From the NCBI GenBank assembly GCA_041651455.1, contig JBAZJG010000005.1, positions 67,882 through 131,881 on the forward strand: a stretch of DNA of 64,000 bases. The letters are read 5' to 3'. A model generated the notes under the pieces. It saw only the letters and a list, made by a program, of their open reading frames with translations. It was not told the DNA's origin and searched no databases. The DNA comes from Candidatus Omnitrophota bacterium (GTDB lineage: Bacteria; Omnitrophota; Gorgyraeia; Pluralincolimonadales; Pluralincolimonadaceae). Below, in pieces: positions 47,993-57,196 of the stretch (position 1 is the first letter of the stretch; each line of letters opens with the position of its first letter). The translations under genes were made by a program, and so were the position numbers.

Positions 47993-48302
47993 TATCCGCA
48001 GGGCCTTTTGCATAGCGTTCGCGAAAAAAGGCCGCATGATATTCATATCCCATCTTGACCTGCAAAGGCTGTTCCATCGCGCCGCGCGCAGGGCGGACCT
48101 TCCGCTCGTAATGTCGCAGGGTTTCAGCCCCCGTCCGAAAATAAGCTTTAAAAGGGCATTAAAATTGGGAGTCGAGAGCGAGGCCGAAGAGGCGTCATTC
48201 CAGGTCGGCGGCGCCGCGATCTCGCCCGAAGATTTCGGGAAAAGGTTACAGGCACAATTGCCTGAAGGCATCACCATCAACAATATAGAGGAAATACATT
48301 GA
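47982..48302 (+). CDS. DUF2344 / radical-SAM-linked protein (TIGR03936-like), unusually short at 106 aa
   Basis: RMIFISHLDLQRLFHRAARRADLPLVMSQGFSPRPKISF matches the conserved N-terminal block of DUF2344 proteins. Immediately upstream of rng, as usual. Confidence 0.6.
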   Translation: MANDIRRAFCIAFAKKGRMIFISHLDLQRLFHRAARRADLPLVMSQGFSPRPKISFKRALKLGVESEAEEASFQVGGAAISPEDFGKRLQAQLPEGITINNIEEIH

Positions 48303-49798
48303 TGAACAAAGAGATATTGATCAACATCGAGCCGCAGGAGAAGAGGCTCGCGGTGCTCGAGAACAAGGTTCTCGAGGAGTTCTCCGTGGAAAGGTTCGGA
48401 GAGAAGAGGGTTGTCGGCAACGTATATAAGGGCAGGGTAAGCTCGGTTGTTCCCGCAGTGAAGGCCGCGTTCGTCAGCCTCGGCCTCGAGAAGAACGGCT
48501 ATTTGTACCTGGCCGATGTGGTAGGCCTCGGGATGGATTTCGAGGCGCTTGACAAGGAAGAAGAGGAGAAGAAGCAGCAGCAGAGGGGCCGCCAGAACCA
48601 CCAGTCGATCGACCAGCTGCTGAAGAAAGGCCAGGAAGTCCTGATACAGGTGACGAAGGAGCCGTTCGGGACAAAGGGCGCGCGCCTGACTACGCATATA
48701 TCCCTGCCGGGCCGCTATATAGTGCTGCTGCCGTTCGACAGGCACCTCGGCATATCGCGCCGCATATCGGACGACAAGGAGCGCGTAAGGCTTAAGGAGA
48801 TATTGCGCGGCCTCGAAGTGCCGGCCGAAATGGGTGTTATCATAAGGACAGCCGGCATAGGGCAGACGAAGCGCGAGCTTTCAAGGGACCTTAAATACCT
48901 CCTCGGTCTCTGGAGGAAGATAAAGATAGGCGCGGCCCGCAAGTCGTCGCCGGCGCTGCTGCACGAGGAATACGACCTCACGCTGAGGGTCGCACGCGAT
49001 TACCTTACCGAGGACGTCGAGAAGCTCGTCATAGACAACCGCGACGAATACAGGAAGGTCCAGCATTTCCTCAGCGCGGTCGCCCCGCACCTGAGGCAGA
49101 AGGTCGAGCTGTACGAGGGAGATATCCCGCTGTTCGACAGGAAGATGATAGAGAAGGACGTCGAGAAGCTGTTTGAGAGGAAGGTCCCGCTGAAATGCGG
49201 CGGCTATATAGTCATCGAGCCGACCGAGGGCCTCGTTGCAATAGACGTGAACAGCGGCAAGTTCACCGCTAAGAAGAGCCTCGAGGAGACAGCTTTCGCG
49301 GTAAACACCGAAGCCGCGATCGAAGTAGCGCGCCAGATAAGGCTGCGCGACCTCGGCGGGATCATCGTCATAGATTTCATCGATATGATGCAGGCGTCGC
49401 GCAGGCGCAAGGTATTCGAGACGATGGTCGAAGCGTTGAAGCGCGATAAGGCGAAGACCGACGTATCCCCGCTTTCGGAGCTCTGCCTCGTAGAGATGAC
49501 GCGCCAGAGGATGCGCCGCAGCGTCGAGAGCATGTCGTTCCGCGAATGCCCGTACTGCCAGGGCCGCGGCCTCATAAAATCGGTATCGACCGTCTCGATA
49601 CAGGCGCTGCGCAAGGTCAAGAAATACCTGAAGGAGACGAAGAAGAAGCAGGTCGAGCTCCATGCGCATCCCGAAGTCGCCTCGCGCCTCTTCAACGAAG
49701 ACCGCCCGGCGATAGAGACGATCGAGCGGATATTCCGCGCGAAGATAATCGTGAAAGCCGACCCGCTGCTGCATGTCGAGGACATAAAGCTCATATAG
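48299..49798 (+). CDS. rng: Ribonuclease G/E family endoribonuclease (Rng/CafA-like)
   Basis: 499 aa with an N-terminal S1 domain (VGNVYKGRVSSVVPAVKAAFVSLG) and an RNase E/G catalytic core (DVNSGKF...). Confidence 0.85.
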   Translation: MMNKEILINIEPQEKRLAVLENKVLEEFSVERFGEKRVVGNVYKGRVSSVVPAVKAAFVSLGLEKNGYLYLADVVGLGMDFEALDKEEEEKKQQQRGRQNHQSIDQLLKKGQEVLIQVTKEPFGTKGARLTTHISLPGRYIVLLPFDRHLGISRRISDDKERVRLKEILRGLEVPAEMGVIIRTAGIGQTKRELSRDLKYLLGLWRKIKIGAARKSSPALLHEEYDLTLRVARDYLTEDVEKLVIDNRDEYRKVQHFLSAVAPHLRQKVELYEGDIPLFDRKMIEKDVEKLFERKVPLKCGGYIVIEPTEGLVAIDVNSGKFTAKKSLEETAFAVNTEAAIEVARQIRLRDLGGIIVIDFIDMMQASRRRKVFETMVEALKRDKAKTDVSPLSELCLVEMTRQRMRRSVESMSFRECPYCQGRGLIKSVSTVSIQALRKVKKYLKETKKKQVELHAHPEVASRLFNEDRPAIETIERIFRAKIIVKADPLLHVEDIKLI

Positions 49799-49804
49799 GG
49801 CCTT

Positions 49805-50284
49805 ATGGCGGAAACAAGGATAGAAATAGTGCAGGGTGACATCACGGCGCTCGCGGTCGATGCCATCGTAAACGCCGCAAATAAGTCGCTTCTCGGCGGC
49901 GGGGGAGTCGACGGCGCAATACACCGCGCGGCAGGGCCGAGACTGCTCGCAGAATGCGCGACGCTCGGCGGATGCGAGACCGGCGGCGCTAAGATAACCA
50001 AGGGCTATAACCTTCCCGCGAAATACGTTATCCATACCGTCGGACCCGTCTGGCGCGACGGCAAGCACGGCGAACCGGAACTGCTCGCCTCCTGCTACCG
50101 TAATTCCCTCGAACTCGCGAAGAAGTATGGCCTTAAGTCTATCGCGTTCCCGTCCATTTCGACCGGGGCGTACCGTTTCCCGAAAGAGCTCGCCGCGCCG
50201 ATAGCGATGAAGGCCGCGCAGGAATTCATCGAGAAGAACCCGGGCGCCCTGGACAGGATAGTATTCGTGGAGTTTTCCAGGTAA
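49805..50284 (+). CDS. Macro-domain protein (O-acetyl-ADP-ribose deacetylase, YmdB-like)
   Basis: [37 protein letters not shown] is the canonical macro-domain N-terminus. 159 aa. Confidence 0.85.
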   Translation: MAETRIEIVQGDITALAVDAIVNAANKSLLGGGGVDGAIHRAAGPRLLAECATLGGCETGGAKITKGYNLPAKYVIHTVGPVWRDGKHGEPELLASCYRNSLELAKKYGLKSIAFPSISTGAYRFPKELAAPIAMKAAQEFIEKNPGALDRIVFVEFSR

Positions 50285-50291
50285 GAATTCA

Positions 50292-50320
50292 TTGACACCT
50301 GCCGGGTTTTAGGGTATAAT
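50292..50320 (+). promoter_or_regulatory. Perfect-consensus sigma70 promoter (TTGACA-N17-TATAAT) for the rplU-rpmA-obg operon
   Basis: TTGACA at 50292-97, a 17-nt spacer and TATAAT at 50315-20. RBS GGAAGGAG before rplU. Confidence 0.7.
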
Positions 50321-50363
50321 CTCACGAAATTCACTCAAATAGACATATGGAAGGAGTTTCTCT

Positions 50364-50678
50364 ATGTACGCCGTGATTCTGACAGGCGGGAAGCAGTATA
50401 AGGTCGAAAAAGGCGACGCTATCACAGTCGAGCGCCTGACCCTTCCCGAGAAGGAAAAAGAGATAATAATCAAGGAAGTGCTCATGGTCTGCGACGGTAA
50501 GGATGCCAAGTTCGGCAAGCCGTACCTGAAGGACGCAAAGGTGGTCTGCGAGGTCATATCGGACCTCAAGGGCAAGAAAGTCATCTCCTACAAGTACCGC
50601 AGGAGGAAGGACTCACGCTGGAAGAAGGGCCACCGCCAGCTGTTGACGAAGGTAAAGATAAAAGAGATAAAGGCTTAG
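50364..50678 (+). CDS. rplU: 50S ribosomal protein L21
   Basis: [18 protein letters not shown]... 104 aa. Confidence 0.95.
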   Translation: MYAVILTGGKQYKVEKGDAITVERLTLPEKEKEIIIKEVLMVCDGKDAKFGKPYLKDAKVVCEVISDLKGKKVISYKYRRRKDSRWKKGHRQLLTKVKIKEIKA

Positions 50679-50703
50679 GCCGAAGGCATATCAGGAGGAA
50701 GAA

Positions 50704-50946
50704 ATGGCTCATCATAAAGGACAAGGTTCAACAAGGAACGGCCGCGACAGCAACTCCCAGCGTCTTGGGATAAAGGCTTACGGCGGAGAGAAAGTCACTG
50801 CCGGAAGCATCATAGTAAGGCAGCGCGGGACCCCGTGGAAACCGGGCCTGAACGTAGCGAAAGGCAAGGATGACACGCTTTTCGCCCTGAAGGACGGTAT
50901 CGTAACTTTCAGCAAAACCAGATTAGTCAGCGTCCTGCCACAATAA
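50704..50946 (+). CDS. rpmA: 50S ribosomal protein L27
   Basis: [29 protein letters not shown]... 80 aa. Confidence 0.95.
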   Translation: MAHHKGQGSTRNGRDSNSQRLGIKAYGGEKVTAGSIIVRQRGTPWKPGLNVAKGKDDTLFALKDGIVTFSKTRLVSVLPQ

Positions 50947-50967
50947 AACAAGTAGCCGAAAGCCAAG

Positions 50968-51957
50968 GTGTTTGTAGATACTGCGAAGATCGAGGTCAAA
51001 GCAGGTAAAGGCGGCGACGGCTGCCAGAGCTTCTACAAGGATAAGTTCGCCCGCTACCCGGTCCAGAACGGAGGGCCGGGAGGCAAGGGCGGCGACGTCA
51101 TAATCCTCGCGAACGAAAACATACACACGCTCCTGGACTTCCAATACCGCCAGCACTTCAAGGCCCACAAAGGCGAGAACGGCTCATCCAACAATAAGAA
51201 CGGAAAAGGCGGCCAGGACTGCGTCATCGAGGTCCCCCCGGGAACGATAGTCAAGGATTTCGAGTCGGGCCTAGTCCTCAGGGATCTCAGGATCGCCGGA
51301 GACCGTTTTATCGTCGCCAAAGGCGGTATAGGCGGGCGCGGAAACGCTTCCAAGAAACCCGCCACTAAAGGAGAGCCCGGCGAGGAAAAATTCCTTAAGC
51401 TCGAACTGAAGCTGATCGCGGATTGCGGGCTTATCGGTTTCCCGAACGCGGGCAAATCGTCGCTGATATCGAAAATCTCCAAGGCGAAGCCGAAGATAGC
51501 GCCGTACCCGTTCACGACGAAGGAGCCGGTGCTGGGTATCGTAGAGTTTGATTCCGTCAAACAGGGCCGAGACCGTACCTTCAAGGTCGCTGACATCCCG
51601 GGGCTCATAGAGGGCGCGCACGCGGGAAAAGGCCTTGGCGACAAGTTCCTGCGCCATATAGAGCGCACTAAGATATTGATACATATAGTAGATATGGCCG
51701 GGGTTGACCAAAGAGACCCGTTGGATGATTTCCTGACGCTTAATAACGAGTTGGAGCAGTACGGCACGGTCCTCGGCAAGAAAGCCCAGCTGGTCGTCGC
51801 GAACAAGATGGATTTGCCTGCTGCGCAGTCAAATCTAAAAAAGTTTAAGTCGAAAGTAAAAAAGGATATAATAGCGATATCGGCGTTGACCGGGGAAGGC
51901 ATTGAAGAGCTGAAGAAAGCCATAGTCAAAGAGCTGGAAGGGTACGATGAGGGATAG
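50968..51957 (+). CDS. obg: GTPase Obg/CgtA (GTG start)
   Basis: N-terminal glycine-rich Obg fold ([12 protein letters not shown]...[10 protein letters not shown]) and a G domain ([23 protein letters not shown]). Confidence 0.9.
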   Translation: MFVDTAKIEVKAGKGGDGCQSFYKDKFARYPVQNGGPGGKGGDVIILANENIHTLLDFQYRQHFKAHKGENGSSNNKNGKGGQDCVIEVPPGTIVKDFESGLVLRDLRIAGDRFIVAKGGIGGRGNASKKPATKGEPGEEKFLKLELKLIADCGLIGFPNAGKSSLISKISKAKPKIAPYPFTTKEPVLGIVEFDSVKQGRDRTFKVADIPGLIEGAHAGKGLGDKFLRHIERTKILIHIVDMAGVDQRDPLDDFLTLNNELEQYGTVLGKKAQLVVANKMDLPAAQSNLKKFKSKVKKDIIAISALTGEGIEELKKAIVKELEGYDEG

Positions 51958-52741
51958 TTATTTAAAAAATCTTAAGCTTGTAGTTGTCAAGGTCGGGACG
52001 TCGGCGTTCACGTCGAAGTCGCACCCGATGGACAGGCGCGCCGTAAAGCAGATATCGGAGCAGGTCTGCGAACTGCTCGACAGGGGGATAAAGGTCGTGC
52101 TCGTGAGCTCGGGCGCAATAGGCGCCGGCATGCACCTGCTCGGGCTGAAGTCGCGTCCGAAGTCGCTCGACCACCTGCAGGCCTCCGCCGCCATAGGCCA
52201 GGCGCAGCTTATGAAGTCATACGACGAATATTTCAGGAGGCGCGGTCGCAAGGTCGCGCAGGTGCTGCTGACGCGGGACGATTTCAAGGAGCATAAGAGA
52301 TACACGAGCGTAAAGAGCACGATAAATACGATACTCGAGTACGGCGCGGTGCCTATAGTCAACGAGAACGACACGGTCTCGGTCGACGAGATAAAATTCG
52401 GCGATAATGACACGCTCGCCGCGCTCGTGACGACGCTGCTTGCAGCGGACCTCCTGATAATACTGTCGGATGTCGACGGCTTATACAGCCATATCGGAAG
52501 GAAAGAGGTCGTGGACACCGTCGAGGAGATACACTCAGGCATAGAGAAGCTCGCGTGCGGCACGGATAAGGAAGTATGCGTGGGCGGCATGGCCACGAAG
52601 ATAAAAGCCGCGAAGGCGGTCACGGATGCGGGGATACCGATGGTCATAGCTAACGCAAAGTCAAAAAATATACTCTTAAGGATAACAGGCAGGGAGAGGG
52701 TAGGCACCATATTCGCTCCCCGTTCGAAAAGGAGCCGTTAA
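51947..52741 (+). CDS. proB: Glutamate 5-kinase ProB (short form without a PUA domain)
   Basis: VVKVGTSAFT amino-acid-kinase N-terminus. 264 aa. Followed by proA. Confidence 0.9.
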   Translation: MRDSYLKNLKLVVVKVGTSAFTSKSHPMDRRAVKQISEQVCELLDRGIKVVLVSSGAIGAGMHLLGLKSRPKSLDHLQASAAIGQAQLMKSYDEYFRRRGRKVAQVLLTRDDFKEHKRYTSVKSTINTILEYGAVPIVNENDTVSVDEIKFGDNDTLAALVTTLLAADLLIILSDVDGLYSHIGRKEVVDTVEEIHSGIEKLACGTDKEVCVGGMATKIKAAKAVTDAGIPMVIANAKSKNILLRITGRERVGTIFAPRSKRSR

Positions 52742-52744
52742 TAA

Positions 52745-54004
52745 ATGGCAGACATGAAGGCGCAGGTCATAAGCATAGCTCAGGAAGCGAAGAAGGCGTC
52801 TTTCGAGATGGGCCAGCTCTCTTCGGCCGTGAAGGACAAGGCGCTTTGCGCCATGGCCGACGCGCTCGAGAAGGGCAGGTCCGCCATTTACGCGGCCAAC
52901 AAGAAAGACGTGAAAGCGGCGCAGTCCGGCAAACTCGGAGCGGCATTCATAGACAGGCTCACGCTCAACGACAAGAGGATAAAGTCGATGGCCGAAGGCC
53001 TCAGGACCGTCGCTTTGCTGAAGGATCCTATCGGCGAGGTGATCAGGATGTGGACCAGGCCTAACGGGCTCTGGATAGGGAAGCTGCGCGTCCCGCTCGG
53101 GGTCATAGGCGTAATATATGAATCCCGGCCGAACGTGACCGCCGATTGTATCGGCTTGTGCCTGAAGGCCGGCAACAGCGTGATACTGCGCGGCGGGAGC
53201 GAATCCATCAATTCAAATATAGCGATATTCGACATACTCAACGAAGCGGCGAAGGACGCGGGCATTCCCGACGGGGCTATCAGCCTCATTAAGACGACAG
53301 ACAGGAAGGCGGTCCATGCGCTGTTAGGGCTTAGCGATCTCGTCGACCTCGTGATCCCGAGAGGGGGCGAGAGCCTCATAAAGGAGGTCTCGCGCAGGTC
53401 GAAGATACCGGTGCTGAAGCATTATAAGGGTGTCTGCCACATCTATGTTGACGAGGACGCGGACCTCAACATGGCCGAGCGCATCTGTTTCAACGCCAAG
53501 GTGCAGAGGCCTTCGGTCTGCAACGCCATGGAGACCCTGCTGGTCAATGAAGACGTCGCCGTGCGTTTCCTCCCTTCGATGATAAAGAAATACAAGGAAG
53601 CGGGCGTCGAGATACGCGGATGCGCCATGACGCGCAGGATAGTCAAGGGCCTGAAGGCCGCCTCCGACAAGGACTGGTCGTCGGAATACCTCGACCTTAT
53701 ACTGTCGGTAAAGGTGGTCAAGAACCTCCATGAGGCCGTCGACCACATAAATACGTACAGCACGAAATTATCGGACGCCATCGTGACCGAGAATTACCAT
53801 AACGCGGTCGAGTTCCTGAAGAAGGTGGACTCCGCCTCGGTATACGTGAACGCCTCGACGCGGTTTACCGACGGCGGCGAGTTCGGTTTCGGCGCGGAGA
53901 TAGGCATATCGACCGACAAGTTCCACGCGCGCGGCCCCGTCGGAGTCGAAGAGCTGACGAGTTACAAATACATCATCTACGGCAACGGACAGATAAGGGA
54001 GTGA
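52745..54004 (+). CDS. proA: Gamma-glutamyl phosphate reductase ProA
   Basis: 419 aa aldehyde-dehydrogenase-fold protein with catalytic Cys context (...NASTRFTDGGEFGFGAEIGIS...). Confidence 0.9.
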   Translation: MADMKAQVISIAQEAKKASFEMGQLSSAVKDKALCAMADALEKGRSAIYAANKKDVKAAQSGKLGAAFIDRLTLNDKRIKSMAEGLRTVALLKDPIGEVIRMWTRPNGLWIGKLRVPLGVIGVIYESRPNVTADCIGLCLKAGNSVILRGGSESINSNIAIFDILNEAAKDAGIPDGAISLIKTTDRKAVHALLGLSDLVDLVIPRGGESLIKEVSRRSKIPVLKHYKGVCHIYVDEDADLNMAERICFNAKVQRPSVCNAMETLLVNEDVAVRFLPSMIKKYKEAGVEIRGCAMTRRIVKGLKAASDKDWSSEYLDLILSVKVVKNLHEAVDHINTYSTKLSDAIVTENYHNAVEFLKKVDSASVYVNASTRFTDGGEFGFGAEIGISTDKFHARGPVGVEELTSYKYIIYGNGQIRE

Positions 54005-54008
54005 CAAC

Positions 54009-54578
54009 ATGCGTATAGGCATACTCGGAGGGACGTTCAACCCGATACACACGGGGCATCTCGTGCTGGCGGAGGAGGCGAGGGAGAAGCTGAACCTCGA
54101 CAAGGTCATACTCGTCCCGGCTTACGTGCCGCCCCACAAGAAGGAAGAGGAGCTTGCGGAGCCGAACGACAGGTTCAAGATGGTGGAGCTCGCTATAAGG
54201 GGTAACCCGGGTTTCGAAGTCTCGTCGGTCGAGATTGACGCGAAGACGACCTCGTATTCGGTCGAGACCCTGAAGGCCTTCAGGCAGAAATACGGCGAAG
54301 AGGCGAGGCTCTTTTTCCTCACGGGCGCAGATTCGCTCGGCGAGCTCTATACGTGGAAAGAGATAGACCAGATATTCAAGCTCTCGAATTTTATAGTCGC
54401 GAGCCGCCCGGGATACGATGTCTCGAAGGTCCCGAACGGCGTAGAGCATGTGACCATCACTTCGCTCGAGATATCCTCGTCGCTCATAAGGAAGAAGATC
54501 AAAGAGGGCAAGTCGATAAGGTACCTTGTTCCCGAACCGGTAAGGGAATATATCATAGCGAGAAGGCTCTATAAATAA
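54009..54578 (+). CDS. nadD: Nicotinate-nucleotide adenylyltransferase NadD
   Basis: GILGGTFNPIHTGHL (HxGH) motif and an ISSSLIR C-terminal motif. 189 aa. Confidence 0.9.
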   Translation: MRIGILGGTFNPIHTGHLVLAEEAREKLNLDKVILVPAYVPPHKKEEELAEPNDRFKMVELAIRGNPGFEVSSVEIDAKTTSYSVETLKAFRQKYGEEARLFFLTGADSLGELYTWKEIDQIFKLSNFIVASRPGYDVSKVPNGVEHVTITSLEISSSLIRKKIKEGKSIRYLVPEPVREYIIARRLYK

Positions 54579-54590
54579 AGAGGTGTCCGC

Positions 54591-55553
54591 ATGAAGAACT
54601 ATTACTTTAATCCCGAAGGCAAATTACTGAAGGACATACCGGTCGAGCAGTTCCGCGACGCCCTTGCCGCGGAGAACTCGCTTCTTTGGGTCGATATGGA
54701 GGAGCTCTCCGACAGCGACATAGAGGTACTCATGGACGTCTTCGGGCTGCATCCGCTGACGGTCGAGGACTGCATCATGCCGAACGCGCGCCCGAAGGTC
54801 GAGGATTTCAAGAATTACCTTTTCATAATCACGCAGGGCGTCAGGATAGACCCCGAGACCGGAAAGATCGGGACATTCGAGGTCGATTTCTGCATGGGCA
54901 GGAACTACCTCGTTACCGTGCATACGGAGAAGGTCGACGCCATAGACCTGAACCTCGAGAGGGTCGATAAGGGCTCGCCCATAGTCACGCGCGGCAGCGA
55001 TTTCCTCGCGTACGCCATACTGGAGTCGCTGGCGGATACCTATTACCCTATAGTCGACAAGTTCGACAAGAGGGTCGACGACCTCGAGGCGGAGCTGTTC
55101 AAGGACCCCACAACCAAGACCTTCAACCAGATATACCGCCTGAAGAACGATACGATGCTCCTGCGCAGGACGATAGGCCCGCAGGTCGACATGTTCTCGG
55201 TACTCACGCGCGGCGACTTCGCGATCATAAGGCCGGCGAATTACGTTTACTACAGGAATGTCTATGACCACCTCGTCAGGATAAACGATATAGTCGGCAC
55301 TTCGCGAGATATCGTGACCGGTGCGCTCGAGGCCTACGTCTCTATCGTCTCCAACCGGCTCAACGAGGTCATGAAGGTCCTCACGATAATCGCGACGGTC
55401 ATGCTGCCGTTCGTCGTGATACCGAGCATCTACGGCATGAACATCAAGCTGCCGTTCGCGGAACATATGATGGCTTTCTGGATAGTCATGGGCCTTACCG
55501 CCTTATTTACCGTAACGATAGTGATGTATTTAAAAAGTAAAAGATGGTTCTGA
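54591..55553 (+). CDS. corA: Magnesium/cobalt transporter CorA
   Basis: Two C-terminal TM segments with the YGMNI (GMN) signature. 320 aa. Confidence 0.85.
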   Translation: MKNYYFNPEGKLLKDIPVEQFRDALAAENSLLWVDMEELSDSDIEVLMDVFGLHPLTVEDCIMPNARPKVEDFKNYLFIITQGVRIDPETGKIGTFEVDFCMGRNYLVTVHTEKVDAIDLNLERVDKGSPIVTRGSDFLAYAILESLADTYYPIVDKFDKRVDDLEAELFKDPTTKTFNQIYRLKNDTMLLRRTIGPQVDMFSVLTRGDFAIIRPANYVYYRNVYDHLVRINDIVGTSRDIVTGALEAYVSIVSNRLNEVMKVLTIIATVMLPFVVIPSIYGMNIKLPFAEHMMAFWIVMGLTALFTVTIVMYLKSKRWF

Positions 55554-56599
55554 TGGAGAGCATGCACCAGTTCATACCGCTTATAATAGCGTTGTTCGTG
55601 CTCGTTTGTTTTTCGGCGTTCTTCTCGATGTCGGAGACCGCGCTTATATCGCTGAACAAGATAAAGCTGCGCCATATGATATCCAAGGGGGTCAAGAACT
55701 CGAAGCTCGTCCAGCAGCTCATATCTAAACCCGAGAAGCTTATCACTTCCATACTTGTCGGGAATAACCTCGTCAATACCGCCATATCCGTAATAGGCGC
55801 CATAATATTCGTATTCTTTCTCGGGGACAAAATAGGCATGGTTGCCGCGACAGTGGTCGTTACCATGATCCTGCTGGTGTTCGGCGAGATAATACCGAAG
55901 ATGTTCGCGGTGCAGAGGTCGGAAAAGGTCTCGCTGGCGATAGCCAAGCCGATAAACCTGCTTGTCATAGTGCTTAACCCGGTCGCGAAGGTCTTTACGA
56001 GGCTAGGAAATGCCATGATAAAGATGTTCGGCGGGGAGGTCAAGCAGCGTTCACCGCTTATAAGCGAAGAAGAGATAAGGCTGATGATCGAGCTCGGCAA
56101 GGAAGAAGGCGTCGTGGGCGACGAAGAGCGCAAGATGCTGCACCGCATATTCGAATTCGGGGACACGAAAGCGGGCGAGGTCATGATCCCGCTCGGGAAG
56201 GTGGTATCCATAGATATCGATTCGGACGCGGAAGAGCTGCTGAACCTTTTCGTGGAGGAAGGCCATTCGAGGCTGCCGGTATACAAGGGTTCGCCGGACA
56301 ACATCGTCGGCATCATATACGCGAGGGACCTGCTCTATATCTGGCAGAACAAGGGGCTGGTAATCATACCCGACCTCGTCCATGAGCCGTATTTCGTGCA
56401 GAAGGACAAGAGGGTCAACGACCTGTTGAAGGATTTCCAGAGGATGAAGGTCCAGATTGCGATAGTGACGGATATTCCGGCTGCTAACTCCCAGACGGGG
56501 GCAGCCTCGAGGAAAGCTATAGGCCTTGTGACGCTCGAAGACCTTACCGAGGAGATAGTAGGCGAGATAGAAGAGGACCCCGTCCTTGACAGCCATTAG
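55544..56599 (+). CDS. CNNM/CorC/TlyC-family protein (DUF21 TM domain, CBS pair, CorC_HlyC C-terminal domain)
   Basis: N-terminal DUF21-like four-TM region (FFSMSETALISLNK), CBS-like segments, and a C-terminal transporter-associated domain. Confidence 0.85.
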   Translation: MVLMESMHQFIPLIIALFVLVCFSAFFSMSETALISLNKIKLRHMISKGVKNSKLVQQLISKPEKLITSILVGNNLVNTAISVIGAIIFVFFLGDKIGMVAATVVVTMILLVFGEIIPKMFAVQRSEKVSLAIAKPINLLVIVLNPVAKVFTRLGNAMIKMFGGEVKQRSPLISEEEIRLMIELGKEEGVVGDEERKMLHRIFEFGDTKAGEVMIPLGKVVSIDIDSDAEELLNLFVEEGHSRLPVYKGSPDNIVGIIYARDLLYIWQNKGLVIIPDLVHEPYFVQKDKRVNDLLKDFQRMKVQIAIVTDIPAANSQTGAASRKAIGLVTLEDLTEEIVGEIEEDPVLDSH

Positions 56600-56648
56600 G
56601 AGGTATGGTAGACTAAAACCGTTTCCAAACCTTAAGAGGAGGTGCTAG

Positions 56649-56789
56649 ATGGAAGCATATTGCGTAAAATGCAAGAAGAAGCAGGAGATGAAGGACGCCC
56701 AGAAAGAGAAGATGAAGAACGGCCGCGACGCGATGAAGGGCAAGTGCCCGGCTTGCGGTACGGGAATGTACAGGATACTTGGAAAGTAA
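56649..56789 (+). CDS. Small zinc-ribbon protein (46 aa; CxxC...CxxC), below the 60-aa cutoff of the ORF track
   Basis: ATG preceded by a strong SD AAGAGGAGGTG. MEAYCVKCKKKQEMKDAQKEKMKNGRDAMKGKCPACGTGMYRILGK is Lys-rich with two CxxC pairs. Confidence 0.5.
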   Translation: MEAYCVKCKKKQEMKDAQKEKMKNGRDAMKGKCPACGTGMYRILGK

Positions 56790-57135
56790 TATAGATACAT
56801 CCAGGGCAAAAGCTGAACTTATAGCTGAGGTTGCAAAGGAAAAGAAGGCCGAAGATATAGTCCTGATGAATATGGGCGGGGTGTCGGCGTTTTGTGATTA
56901 TTTCGTTATAATGACCGCCACGAACCGCCGTCAGGTAAAGGCTATATCCGATGAGCTCGAAGATAAGCTCGAGGAAGAAGGCGTAATGCTCTGGCACCGC
57001 GAAGGCGGCAATGACGCGGGCTGGATGCTGCTGGATTTCGGCAATTGCGTAGTGCATGTCTTTGAACCGGAAGCCCGGAAGTTTTACGGCCTCGAGGGCT
57101 TATGGGGGGATGTCCCCGTAGAGAACCTAAGCTGA
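56779..57135 (+). CDS. rsfS: Ribosomal silencing factor RsfS (Iojap family); TTG start overlapping the small ORF's end
   Basis: ...AEDIVLMNMGGVSAFCDYFVIMTATNRRQVKAISDEL...GWMLLDFGNCVVHVF is typical of RsfS. Confidence 0.8.
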   Translation: MESNIDTSRAKAELIAEVAKEKKAEDIVLMNMGGVSAFCDYFVIMTATNRRQVKAISDELEDKLEEEGVMLWHREGGNDAGWMLLDFGNCVVHVFEPEARKFYGLEGLWGDVPVENLS

Positions 57136-57150
57136 TACAGGTATAGGCAG

Positions 57151-57184
57151 ATGCCACCCGCAAGAGCGGGTGGCATTGTCTTTA
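57151..57184 (+). terminator. Rho-independent terminator after rsfS
   Basis: Perfect 11-bp stem atgccacccgc / gcgggtggcat with loop AAGA, followed by TGTCTTT. Confidence 0.7.
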
Positions 57185-57196
57185 AGGACCGGAAAT

